From IMG/VR virus record IMGVR_UViG_3300028591_000085, positions 32,001-96,000 of that record: DNA of 64,000 nucleotides, one strand, 5' to 3'. Under the pieces are notes generated by a model. It made no database searches. It worked only from the letters and a program-made list of their open reading frames with translations, and had not been told where the DNA came from. Position 1 is the first letter of the stretch; each line of letters begins with the position of its first letter. The translations under genes were made by a program, and so were the position numbers. Below are positions 18,401 to 27,627 of this stretch, in pieces. Origin of the DNA: a virus (taxonomy: Duplodnaviria > Caudoviricetes).

Positions 18401-20716
18401 TCATTTGTTAAGTAATGTTTCTAAATTTTTTATACTGGGTTTTATCACAGTATCCATGATGGCAGATATATATTGTGATTTCCCTAATGCATTTATAACA
18501 CCAGTTGTTGAATTATTATCATCATTTACAATATATGAAAACTTAGTGTCAACTGCTTTCGATGATTTATATGTCGATTCCATATCATATTTAAGTTTAT
18601 ATAACTCATTTTTTTTCTTTTCAAATGGTTCTTTAGCTTTAGAATTTTTAAGTCTATCAAAGAGTTTGATAGATACTTTAAAATCTGTCATCATCATATT
18701 TTTATATAAATTAATATATCTTAAATCTTCAGATGATTTAAGTTTATTTATAGTATCATTTGAATGAGTAAAATAAAATTTTAAAACTTTATTAGAATTA
18801 GAAATTAACGAATCCATAGTTTTTATATATTCAGATAAAAAACCCGAAATTTCTGTTTCTGAATAACTATCATCATTTTTAAGATATACTGATGCATATG
18901 TATTAAGTTTATTTTTTTCTCCAATAACTGAACGAGAAACATTATATTTTTTCATCGCCTTAAAAATATTTATAGCAAGTTCTTTTTCATACTTAGAAGG
19001 CGCTTGATTAAAAAATCTTATTGCTGAAATGACATGAGCTTTATCAGTTAAAGGATATTTGCGTAATTCAGGAATTCCAAAATCTGAATCTTTTAATTTA
19101 TTTCTTTCTTTTGAGCTTAATGCAGCTTCCGTAACATCCACTTTATTTTCAATCTCCCTTCTAATTTCAGCTATTCTTTGAGGCATATATAAACCTGTAA
19201 AATCATCAGTATCATCATGTGATAATTTATTAGTATTGAAACTCTCGTCCCAATCCCAATCCCATTCGTATAACTCCGCAGATTTATCATTACCATAAGT
19301 AAATTTATGTCCATCTTTATTGGATGCTTTATTTACTTTAATTTTACCTATACATTTTATCTTTATAGGTTTTTTTACCCAAACCTCTTTAGTAATTTTA
19401 CAATCGGGAACTTCATCAGTATTAGGTTTGTATACATCAATGTTCTCTAATGGAGTATGAACATATAATTCTTTATCCTTAAGATTTTTAGATAATCCCA
19501 TTAAAGCTCCATCTATAGACATAGAGAAACAAACTCTTTTAGTAGAATTATCTTCAAACCCATTTTGTGTAAAATAGTTGCTTGGAATTTTAGGTTGTAA
19601 AGTTTCACCATTCATATTTTTATCAGATATAAAATAAACTTTAGCATCCCTTTGTGTAGATGATTCAGTTGTATAATCGTCTAAACAAGCATCTACAAAC
19701 TCTTGTAAACTCATACCTTCTTTAACTCCCTTAACGGATGAAAAATATAAAGTTGGATAAGTTTTCTTTTTATTCCATTTATCTTCAACAGCTTTTTTCA
19801 TACTGGATATAGAATTATATGGACCATGTATTCCTATATTAGAATCCCATGCAGACTCAAACCAATAGTAATTCTTCTTTCGTATAAAATATGTGAATGA
19901 ATGAGTTTCCCCACCCTGACCTGTTTTATCATTTACTTCAATAATAAACATACGACCTTTTTTCAGGTGAAGTTTATTAAATACATAAAATACAAAATTC
20001 GATTGGTCATGACACGAACCTTTCTTTTGTTCATATACTTCTTCCGGAGACATTAACTTATCAAAATTCGAATATTTAATATTGGATTTCATATATGATA
20101 ATAAATCTTCAGGAGTTTTAATATTATTGTGAATAAACTTATTAAGTCCATCTTTATATACAGACTCTGTTACAACCCCATCACCTGAATAATTTTTCAA
20201 ATACCATATTAATGCTTCTCTATGTTCATCTTTAAAAAATGATAGACATTGTTTTACTGGATAAAATTTACCACTCAATATAAAGGGATCTTTATCAGTA
20301 GCTTTTATTTTACCTTTATACATTGATTCATACTGAGCAACGTATATATCTGTTACAGCTCCATCCCACATATAATTATCTTCATTTTGTTCGTTTATAT
20401 GTTTTAACGAAATTCCTGTCGGTTCAATATGTGATATTACTATTCTAGCTTCTTCTCGGCATTCATTTTCAGCTTGAACTATATCGGGAATATCTTTTTC
20501 TTTAGATCCGCCTGGTAGAAAATATTCACCGTCAGGCTTTCTCTTAACAAATACATCTTTATTTCCTCTAATTATAATTGTTTCAACTCTATCACGATAC
20601 ACGTGATTATCAAAAGGAAAGACTTTCAATGCGTTCCATATATGATTTTTATCATAAAATCCACCATTAGTTTTAGCAAGCAGTCTTCCTCTTTCAAGGC
20701 TTTTCAATGTAATCAC
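18401..20716 (-). CDS. Multidomain putative head-packaged protein: NUDIX-like, transglutaminase-like, ART-like and small C-terminal module
   Basis: LPGG..NECREEARI; GSCHDQ..THSF..WFES; RVCFSMSIDGAL..VPD..ITKEVW; LKDSDFGIPELRKYPL. Start may be TTG at 20707. Confidence 0.65.
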   Translation of the reverse strand: MITLKSLERGRLLAKTNGGFYDKNHIWNALKVFPFDNHVYRDRVETIIIRGNKDVFVKRKPDGEYFLPGGSKEKDIPDIVQAENECREEARIVISHIEPTGISLKHINEQNEDNYMWDGAVTDIYVAQYESMYKGKIKATDKDPFILSGKFYPVKQCLSFFKDEHREALIWYLKNYSGDGVVTESVYKDGLNKFIHNNIKTPEDLLSYMKSNIKYSNFDKLMSPEEVYEQKKGSCHDQSNFVFYVFNKLHLKKGRMFIIEVNDKTGQGGETHSFTYFIRKKNYYWFESAWDSNIGIHGPYNSISSMKKAVEDKWNKKKTYPTLYFSSVKGVKEGMSLQEFVDACLDDYTTESSTQRDAKVYFISDKNMNGETLQPKIPSNYFTQNGFEDNSTKRVCFSMSIDGALMGLSKNLKDKELYVHTPLENIDVYKPNTDEVPDCKITKEVWVKKPIKIKCIGKIKVNKASNKDGHKFTYGNDKSAELYEWDWDWDESFNTNKLSHDDTDDFTGLYMPQRIAEIRREIENKVDVTEAALSSKERNKLKDSDFGIPELRKYPLTDKAHVISAIRFFNQAPSKYEKELAINIFKAMKKYNVSRSVIGEKNKLNTYASVYLKNDDSYSETEISGFLSEYIKTMDSLISNSNKVLKFYFTHSNDTINKLKSSEDLRYINLYKNMMMTDFKVSIKLFDRLKNSKAKEPFEKKKNELYKLKYDMESTYKSSKAVDTKFSYIVNDDNNSTTGVINALGKSQYISAIMDTVIKPSIKNLETLLNK

Positions 20717-20734
20717 CTTCTTTTAGAAAATCTT

Positions 20735-20746
20735 TATTTATTTGTC
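20735..20746 (-). promoter_or_regulatory. Late-type promoter motif
   Basis: GACA-AATAAA-TA. Confidence 0.55.
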
Positions 20747-20780
20747 ATCAGAAGAATTATTCAAGTATACAAAAACTATT

Positions 20781-20827
20781 AAAAAAATCAGCCTATAACT
20801 CATTACGAGCATAAGCTGATTTTTTTT
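20781..20827. terminator. Intrinsic terminator (bidirectional-looking)
   Basis: aaaaaaatcagc...gctgattttttt. Confidence 0.65.
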
Positions 20828-20845
20828 AAATTATTACATATATTT

Positions 20846-21382
20846 TTATGCAAGAATATACGCAATTGGTCTATTATCAGTACTCATTAAGCAAACTCCA
20901 TGTCGGTCGATATCCGTTGCAAAATTAACAATAGCTTTACCTTCATCAGTAGTGATAAGATTTTCAAATTTCTTAAAAGACATTCTTATACCTTTTAAGG
21001 TGTTTCCCATCGCGTTACTTTTGGTGTACATAGAATTCACTATTATACCTCCAGTCTTTTCCATAATTGAAGACACATCCATCGCAGAGGGAATCGTTAT
21101 TATTACGGATTCACACCCCTTTAAACTCACAACATACTTTTTCTTACTAATGAGCTTAGTCTTATAATTCTGCTCATTGTAAGCCAACTTACAATACCTC
21201 ACGTTTTCACGTGTTGTAATTACATCTTCCAAGAAGATATACTTGTTAACAAGTACCTTATAGTTCTTAATCTTCTTCTTAACCTTGTACAAGGTCTTGA
21301 AGTTAGCCAAGCTCTTGGTCTTCTTGTTAACTACTTTCTTGGTGTTCTTTTCCTTTTCAGTTTTCTTTTTAGCTTTCGACAT
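20846..21382 (-). CDS. Hypothetical Lys-rich protein
   Basis: GGAGG RBS, 178 aa, in operon. Confidence 0.75.
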   Translation of the reverse strand: MSKAKKKTEKEKNTKKVVNKKTKSLANFKTLYKVKKKIKNYKVLVNKYIFLEDVITTRENVRYCKLAYNEQNYKTKLISKKKYVVSLKGCESVIITIPSAMDVSSIMEKTGGIIVNSMYTKSNAMGNTLKGIRMSFKKFENLITTDEGKAIVNFATDIDRHGVCLMSTDNRPIAYILA

Positions 21383-21385
21383 TTT

Positions 21386-21862
21386 TTATTCCTCCTGATT
21401 TTTTATTTCATCCTTATTCAAATTATAGATATAAGGATAATAATCCATTTCAGACTTTTTCAAATCTTCATATGACATAACAAATGAAATATCATCTGCT
21501 AAGATTTTATCAAAAATCTTTATAGTTTTAATTATAGTCTTTAATTCTTTTTTACTAAAATCATAACTACCAAGAGATCTTTCTAAAATTTCTTTAACTA
21601 GACGATTCTCATATATAGATCCACCTGTAAGAATTTCTTGATATACATAATATCTATTCTGAACATACGTATCTGCATATCTTACAAGATATAAATCATC
21701 AAAGTTCTGAAGATTTCGACATTTCTTATTAGGCAACTTTAATAACGAGAGAGAGATATCTTTATAATTTTTCTCTATATTAGAAATGTAGCATTTCACT
21801 ACACGTTTCTCATCATGAAATGCTACAATTTCTTTCTTAATCATATCATATGCTGCCCACAT
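21386..21862 (-). CDS. Hypothetical protein
   Basis: 158 aa, TAATG overlap with upstream gene. Confidence 0.75.
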   Translation of the reverse strand: MWAAYDMIKKEIVAFHDEKRVVKCYISNIEKNYKDISLSLLKLPNKKCRNLQNFDDLYLVRYADTYVQNRYYVYQEILTGGSIYENRLVKEILERSLGSYDFSKKELKTIIKTIKIFDKILADDISFVMSYEDLKKSEMDYYPYIYNLNKDEIKNQEE

Positions 21863-22287
21863 TATTTTTTACCTATTTTAAGTGCAGCTTCGTATATAGA
21901 CTGGAACTTAGATAAAGTCTCAGGTTTAATATGAAGCTTTATCGGTTCAAATGAAAGAATCGATAAAATAAGTGATGCTATCAATCTCGCAATTATAACT
22001 ACGACTGGCACTAAATCTTTAAACGATCTTTCAATTCTATCCAAAAGATTATCTCCCTCTATTTTCTGGATTATCTGCTGTCTCGCTTCTAACCTTTCAG
22101 TTGAAGTTCCAAAATAATTAGGATCTTGCTTAATTTTCTTCCGTGCTTTCTTCCTAGCCTTTTCTTCAGCTAAATATAACTGAAGTTGCATATCTTGGAC
22201 CTCCTCCATTATGTTGTCATAAGTGTTGTTGAGAGTCTTGTCTATTTCACTTATAACACTCACTTGTTTCTTTTTTGATTTTGACAT
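21862..22287 (-). CDS. Hypothetical protein with coiled coil and hydrophobic helix
   Basis: AAGGAGG RBS, 141 aa, LVPVVVIIARLIASLILSILSF. Confidence 0.75.
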   Translation of the reverse strand: MSKSKKKQVSVISEIDKTLNNTYDNIMEEVQDMQLQLYLAEEKARKKARKKIKQDPNYFGTSTERLEARQQIIQKIEGDNLLDRIERSFKDLVPVVVIIARLIASLILSILSFEPIKLHIKPETLSKFQSIYEAALKIGKK

Positions 22288-22397
22288 AAAGAATTCCTCC
22301 TTGTAATATTATATTAAAAATAATATAGCATAAAGCTAAAAAAATGATGTATAATCTAAGATAAAATTTGCTATTAAATAATAAAAAATAATTTAAC

Positions 22398-22409
22398 AAC
22401 ATTTAACTA
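22398..22409 (+). promoter_or_regulatory. Late-type promoter motif firing into a non-coding region
   Basis: AACA-TTTAAC-TA followed by a G6 tract. Confidence 0.45.
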
Positions 22410-22610
22410 ATGTAGGGGGGAAACGAAATAGAACAGAAAAGGGAGCTGGAGATAGAACAGAAATTGATGAAAAAAAAAATAAAAAGAATAAATAAAATAA
22501 ATATAATAAAAAACCAATTTAGATAATATAGAGAAAAAAAATCTATATTATCTAACATTTTATTAATTAAATAAGTATTATACATTGTAAAGTCTCCTTT
22601 CAAAAGTAAG

Positions 22611-22654
22611 AAGAAAAGAAATAGAAGAATCAACTTCTATTTCTTTTCTTTTTT
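22611..22654. terminator. Intrinsic terminator
   Basis: 17-bp inverted repeat aagaaaagaaatagaag/cttctatttcttttctt plus T-run. Confidence 0.65.
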
Positions 22655-22670
22655 ATTATTGTAATATTAA

Positions 22671-23882
22671 TTAATTTAAGTTATTAGTAGATGATAGCAT
22701 TTTATAAATCTTTTTAGATGAATTAATAATCTGATTAAGAATATTAAATATATTATTACTAATAAGATCTTTATTATTATCAATAGTATAAAAATATTTA
22801 AGTATTGTAGAAGTAATATCATCTAATGAAAGTTTCATATTAAATTTAAATGCTGAATTAAGCATAATATAATAAAACTTACGTAACGGTTCAGTTTTAC
22901 TACTAGCCATTTCATCTCTAATTTTAACAAACTCATTAATTTTAGTATTTAATCTAATTTTATATTGATTAAGATTTTCAGGAAGTAATAAAACAGCATC
23001 TTTAGATAATAATGTTTTAACATCCTGAAAATCTACAAAAAATCTAATAGGTAATGCCATAAACATCTCTAGGAACGTATAAAAATTACAATTGATTGTA
23101 AAATAAGCAAATGTATTTTTATATTGACAATCATGTGTAATATATTCATAATCAAATAATGAGTGACAACGGTTTATATCCGCTTTATTATCTTCCATTT
23201 TTTTGGTACAATCTATATTTGCATATGGAGTATGAATATCCATAAGAGTTACATTTTCAGATGTAGTTTTTACTTTAGAAAAATATTTACTATATATAAA
23301 TGAATCTGTTAATATATCTACTGAATTTACATATGATTGATAATATTTATAGAAATTAGTAACAAACTCACTTATTATTTCATTTTTAAGAATCTCTTCA
23401 TCAGGAATAGTTTCTGTAAAATCTGTATCTTCTTTAAATTTAAATACCTTTTTAAAAAAGATATCAGGTAAACTTCCAAAAACTGAAAAAAGATGAGTTC
23501 CTGATAAAACAACTTCAATATCTTCATATACATATTTAACTGGAAAGAAATAGTTATTAATATTAGGTATCTTAGTATTTTCATTAATTGAATTTACTAA
23601 TGAAGTCATATCTTCAGCTAAATTTATTTCTTTTTTTGAATCATTATTATATTCAAAATCACTATATTTATTTCGAATTATTAATTCAGAATTTGTAAAG
23701 AGTTTCATGATAAATGATTCAAATAAGTTTATGTGGTGTATACCAAAAGAAATTTGAACATGAGATAATATTTTATTTAAGTTATTTCCAGCATTATGTT
23801 GATAATTTTTACTTAATTTTCCAGATGCTATTAAATTATAAAGCATATCCATATTAACAAGAGTAACATAATCGACAACCAT
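22671..23882 (-). CDS. Hypothetical protein
   Basis: GAGGTG RBS, 403 aa. Confidence 0.75.
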   Translation of the reverse strand: MVVDYVTLVNMDMLYNLIASGKLSKNYQHNAGNNLNKILSHVQISFGIHHINLFESFIMKLFTNSELIIRNKYSDFEYNNDSKKEINLAEDMTSLVNSINENTKIPNINNYFFPVKYVYEDIEVVLSGTHLFSVFGSLPDIFFKKVFKFKEDTDFTETIPDEEILKNEIISEFVTNFYKYYQSYVNSVDILTDSFIYSKYFSKVKTTSENVTLMDIHTPYANIDCTKKMEDNKADINRCHSLFDYEYITHDCQYKNTFAYFTINCNFYTFLEMFMALPIRFFVDFQDVKTLLSKDAVLLLPENLNQYKIRLNTKINEFVKIRDEMASSKTEPLRKFYYIMLNSAFKFNMKLSLDDITSTILKYFYTIDNNKDLISNNIFNILNQIINSSKKIYKMLSSTNNLN

Positions 23883-23901
23883 TTTTAATGCACCTCATTT
23901 T

Positions 23902-24060
23902 TTATTTTTCATCTGAATTGTTAATATAATCACATGACATCGTTCCATCCTCATATACTAAGTGAGGACATTTATTACATTTTTTAATGCTTTCATCACT
24001 TTCACCAAAGTATTCAGTAATATCTGAAATATTGGTATAGTTATTCAAGCAATCGTTCAC
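23902..24060 (-). CDS. Small Cys-containing protein (52 aa), not in ORF track
   Basis: AAAGGA RBS, GTG start; ...KKCNKCPHLVYEDGTMSCDY... Confidence 0.55.
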   Translation of the reverse strand: MNDCLNNYTNISDITEYFGESDESIKKCNKCPHLVYEDGTMSCDYINNSDEK

Positions 24061-24132
24061 ATTTATCATCCTTTCTTGTTATTAATATTTATTAGAACGT
24101 CCAGTTAAAAATTAATAGTTAGATAAAAAGTT

Positions 24133-24141
24133 ATATATTAT
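24133..24141 (+). promoter_or_regulatory. Early-type promoter motif
   Basis: ATATATTAT at start of plus-strand operon. Confidence 0.55.
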
Positions 24142-24171
24142 TTTTATAAAAATAAGGGAGGTTCTTTTAGA

Positions 24172-24381
24172 TTGACTAAATTTGATAAAGATAAAAGAAA
24201 TGTTTTATATGCCATAAATACGATTCTTCATTATTCTAGTTATCTATGTTATTTACCTGAAGAAGAAAAATTAAAACGTATAAAACATCTCAAGAAAATT
24301 AAGAAACGTATTGAGAAAGAAAAATATGATGGTATTATGAGAAAGGAATGGTTAGATGACTACCAAAGATGGATTAAATAA
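24172..24381 (+). CDS. Hypothetical protein
   Basis: GGGAGG RBS, TTG start, 69 aa. Confidence 0.7.
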   Translation: MTKFDKDKRNVLYAINTILHYSSYLCYLPEEEKLKRIKHLKKIKKRIEKEKYDGIMRKEWLDDYQRWIK

Positions 24382-24898
24382 AGTTTATATATTTTATTTA
24401 ATGAATGATGATAAGGAGCCAGAGGTATATGCATACACTGACGATAAATTATTAGCAACTGAATTTGAAAAATTTAGAGATGCTAGATTATTTAAGAAAG
24501 TTAAGACATACTTAACTCACAGTGAACTCATGAGCTTGTATAAAGATTATCCTAAAGGTGAATTAACAGTGTTTGATACTACTACACGAGATGTTAATAA
24601 TCCGTGTAAATCAGTAGAGGTGATGATAGTTGTAACTGAGCTTGAGAGAATGTCAATCATTAATAAATATGATGCGTTAATGTATTATGAGTTACCCGCG
24701 ATGGCATCAAAAGTAAGACCGGATATATTTAATGATGAAATAATGAAAGCTCTTAAAATTATTGATTATGATTATCATTATAATTTCTATAATGATCCTG
24801 AGGGAGTGGATCCAATGTATCAATACGATTACTCAATGGATGGGTTCGCTTTATTCTATGACATATATAAAAATTTTATTGTGAAAGGTTCTGAATGA
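24356..24898 (+). CDS. Tandem paralogue family member 1
   Basis: YAYTDDKLLATEFEKFR ... IFNDEIMKALKIIDY. Confidence 0.8.
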   Translation: MTTKDGLNKVYIFYLMNDDKEPEVYAYTDDKLLATEFEKFRDARLFKKVKTYLTHSELMSLYKDYPKGELTVFDTTTRDVNNPCKSVEVMIVVTELERMSIINKYDALMYYELPAMASKVRPDIFNDEIMKALKIIDYDYHYNFYNDPEGVDPMYQYDYSMDGFALFYDIYKNFIVKGSE

Positions 24899-24901
24899 AT
24901 A

Positions 24902-25555
24902 ATGACTATTTATAAAGTATACATTTCAGTACCCGCTAAGATTGTAACATTTGATTTTAAAATGTTATTACCTGACGAGGGTTCGTATTTAGAATATGAT
25001 AAAAACACTGATAGGTTTTACGGGTTATATGGATGGACAAATGATAAGAAGATAATGTCAGATTTTAAAAATTGGCGATGTGAGTGTAAATATTATAGAT
25101 ATACTCGCGAAGAGGTAAGTTCGGATGATTATAAAATGTACAAAGAAAATTTTAAACTATGGAGAATTAAGTATCGTAAATTGATTGTAAATCAGGATTC
25201 AGAAAAGTATAAAATCGTTCCACTAACGTTGCATGAAAAATCTATAATGGATGACGATGCAACTATTTATACTTTCATACTTGATAGTGGTAAATACTTT
25301 GTAGTTGATTATTATCCATTGAATGATGAGATAACTGATGCTCTTGATATCTTAAATTATACTAGTGAATATGACGGATATTTAGGCGGAGATCCAAGTG
25401 CGTTTACTGATGGTGAACGTGAAGAACGTACTGAACTGGCTTTTTATAATCGTGGTTATAATCTTACAGTATTTAATAATAAATACTTTGATTTATTTGA
25501 AAATAAATTAGGTATATTTATGATAATTTATAAAGAACTACTTTATGGAGGTTAA
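24902..25555 (+). CDS. Tandem paralogue family member 2
   Basis: YGWTNDKKIMSDFKNWR ... LNDEITDALDILNY. Confidence 0.8.
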   Translation: MTIYKVYISVPAKIVTFDFKMLLPDEGSYLEYDKNTDRFYGLYGWTNDKKIMSDFKNWRCECKYYRYTREEVSSDDYKMYKENFKLWRIKYRKLIVNQDSEKYKIVPLTLHEKSIMDDDATIYTFILDSGKYFVVDYYPLNDEITDALDILNYTSEYDGYLGGDPSAFTDGEREERTELAFYNRGYNLTVFNNKYFDLFENKLGIFMIIYKELLYGG

Positions 25556-26162
25556 AATGAAATTATATCGTATATTTATTCATGGAGTAAATGTTAATAA
25601 TAAAGATTATCCGGCTATATCAGACTTTAGTCCTAGAGATATAGGTGATGATAATATTTATTTATATGCATTTACTAACAAAAAGAAAATTGCAAAAAAA
25701 TTTATGGAATCTCGAATTCATGATTTGTTTTATGTTACAACATCAAATATATCTGATGATGATTATAATGATATCTGTGATAAATATGGAGATTATGAAT
25801 TATCCTACCATGAATACAAATATCAAACTTTTCAAGGAAATAAATCTGTAAGTAAAAACTTAAAGATTTTGTCAACTGAAAAGGAATTTGATTTAGTATT
25901 TTATGATGCACCTGTTATACTTTCCAAGATTGGTAGAAAATTAATAGATGTGATGGATAAAATTCAGTTTAATTTATTAAATGATACATTATATGACATA
26001 TTAACAAACACGATTCCGTCACGTGACATTATAGAATGGATGTATGAAATTGAAGATGCGCCATTCGGTGTATATGAAATAAATACAGTAAATTTATATT
26101 TTCACGAATTTGGAAATACGTATAATATTGAAAGGATATGTGACGCTTATGAAACTATTTAA
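25545..26162 (+). CDS. Tandem paralogue family member 3
   Basis: YAFTNKKKIAKKFMESR; true start probably the second Met after GGAGG. Confidence 0.8.
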   Translation: MEVKMKLYRIFIHGVNVNNKDYPAISDFSPRDIGDDNIYLYAFTNKKKIAKKFMESRIHDLFYVTTSNISDDDYNDICDKYGDYELSYHEYKYQTFQGNKSVSKNLKILSTEKEFDLVFYDAPVILSKIGRKLIDVMDKIQFNLLNDTLYDILTNTIPSRDIIEWMYEIEDAPFGVYEINTVNLYFHEFGNTYNIERICDAYETI

Positions 26163-26730
26163 ATTTTATAAAATCCCATCAGAAGATGCGGATACAGATG
26201 AAATGCATATAACGGACAAGTACCCGTTATATGCATTTACAAACGATAAGAACCTTGCAAAAAAGTTTGAGAAAGAAAGAAGAAAAGATTTATTTATTAA
26301 GATAGTAGATAAAGGTCTTTCTCGTGAAGAGTACGCTCAGTTTGCCATTAATAATAGAGGGTCAGATCTTAAAATTCAAAAATTAGTTACTTCTAGTAAT
26401 AAGAATACTAATAAGCAAGTGATTAAGAAAATTCCAATATTGTTAACTCAAAATGAGTATGTTAGTTGTAATGAACCGATGCTATTAATTATGGATGAAT
26501 CATGGTGGATAGATGTTACTGAATGTGTATTAGCAAATCCGTATATATTTAATAATGAAATAAGAGAAGCATTGAGAATTTTACAATATAACGTGTCATT
26601 TAAAGTATATAATCAAGATATCAGACTCATGGATATTATAGATGAAGAAGATGACGATTATTCTGCTCCTGAAATTGAAATTGATGAAGTTGAAATTTTT
26701 ATAAAGTTATATGGAGATACATTCAAATAA
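26110..26730 (+). CDS. Tandem paralogue family member 4
   Basis: YAFTNDKNLAKKFEKER ... IFNNEIREALRILQY; true start probably MKLFKFY. Confidence 0.8.
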   Translation: MEIRIILKGYVTLMKLFKFYKIPSEDADTDEMHITDKYPLYAFTNDKNLAKKFEKERRKDLFIKIVDKGLSREEYAQFAINNRGSDLKIQKLVTSSNKNTNKQVIKKIPILLTQNEYVSCNEPMLLIMDESWWIDVTECVLANPYIFNNEIREALRILQYNVSFKVYNQDIRLMDIIDEEDDDYSAPEIEIDEVEIFIKLYGDTFK

Positions 26731-26735
26731 AGGAG

Positions 26736-27413
26736 ATGGTTCAAATGAAGAAAAAATCTATATCAGACTATGTTAAAATTATGAATATTGATACTCCTGA
26801 AAATATGGAGTATCATGTTAATATTGAAACGGGGAAAGATAGACAAAAGTTTATTGAGCAAATTAAAAAAATCATCAGAGGTTCTACAGAATACAGGGAT
26901 TATATTCAATTTCTGAAAGAAAATATGGATTTAAATAAGTGCACATTCTTTCAGAATATAAATGGAGAAAAGACAACCCGTGGAAAAGTATCTATTGAAT
27001 TACATCATGAACCATTTACATTGCAAGACTATGTGGATGTGATAATTGAAAAGTATTTGGATAATGGAACAGAATTGAATGCTTTACTAATAGCCGATGA
27101 AGTACTCGAACTTCATTATGAAAATAAAGTTGGGCTAGTCCCTTTGTCTAAGACCATGCATGAAGTTGTTCATAATTCAAATAAAATTCTAATTCCATTG
27201 AATATGGTGTATGGTGAATATTCTAAATTTCTTGAAGAATATGAACCGTATATTTCGGATGAATTGTACGATAAGCTTCAGAAGAAAATAGATATGACTA
27301 AAAATCTTACTGCTGATTCATTTGATGCAATTCGTAAAGAATTCACATATATTGATGTTAAAGGATTTGATGATGTTACTAAACTTGAGAATGCCAATTC
27401 TCAAGCTGTATAA
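26736..27413 (+). CDS. HNH-like (His-Me finger) protein, paralogue of 35507-36133
   Basis: C..F...IELHH.PF ... H..N.VGLVPLSKT.HE.VH. Confidence 0.6.
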   Translation: MVQMKKKSISDYVKIMNIDTPENMEYHVNIETGKDRQKFIEQIKKIIRGSTEYRDYIQFLKENMDLNKCTFFQNINGEKTTRGKVSIELHHEPFTLQDYVDVIIEKYLDNGTELNALLIADEVLELHYENKVGLVPLSKTMHEVVHNSNKILIPLNMVYGEYSKFLEEYEPYISDELYDKLQKKIDMTKNLTADSFDAIRKEFTYIDVKGFDDVTKLENANSQAV

Positions 27414-27456
27414 AAAAATGAAGATTAGTTCGTAATTGAACTAATCTTCATTTTTT
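27412..27456 (+). terminator. Intrinsic terminator
   Basis: atgaagattagttc/gaactaatcttcat plus T-run. Confidence 0.75.
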
Positions 27457-27570
27457 AAACGGACGTGATTCGTAAGCGTTATAAATTTCTCACTTATTTC
27501 TTTGTTATGATTTAAAAAATATAAATATTAAAACCTCATAATAACTTTCATAGAGATTTACTCATTATTT

Positions 27571-27579
27571 ATATATTAT
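27571..27579 (+). promoter_or_regulatory. Early-type promoter motif
   Basis: ATATATTAT. Confidence 0.55.
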
Positions 27580-27627
27580 TTTTTGAAGTCATGTACTAAA
27601 ATTATTAAGTGAAAGGAGTAATTATAC

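Noticed and set aside
22403-22633. 76-aa hydrophobic minus-strand ORF
   Set aside because: Low-complexity translation of an A-rich tract, no RBS, starts inside a terminator
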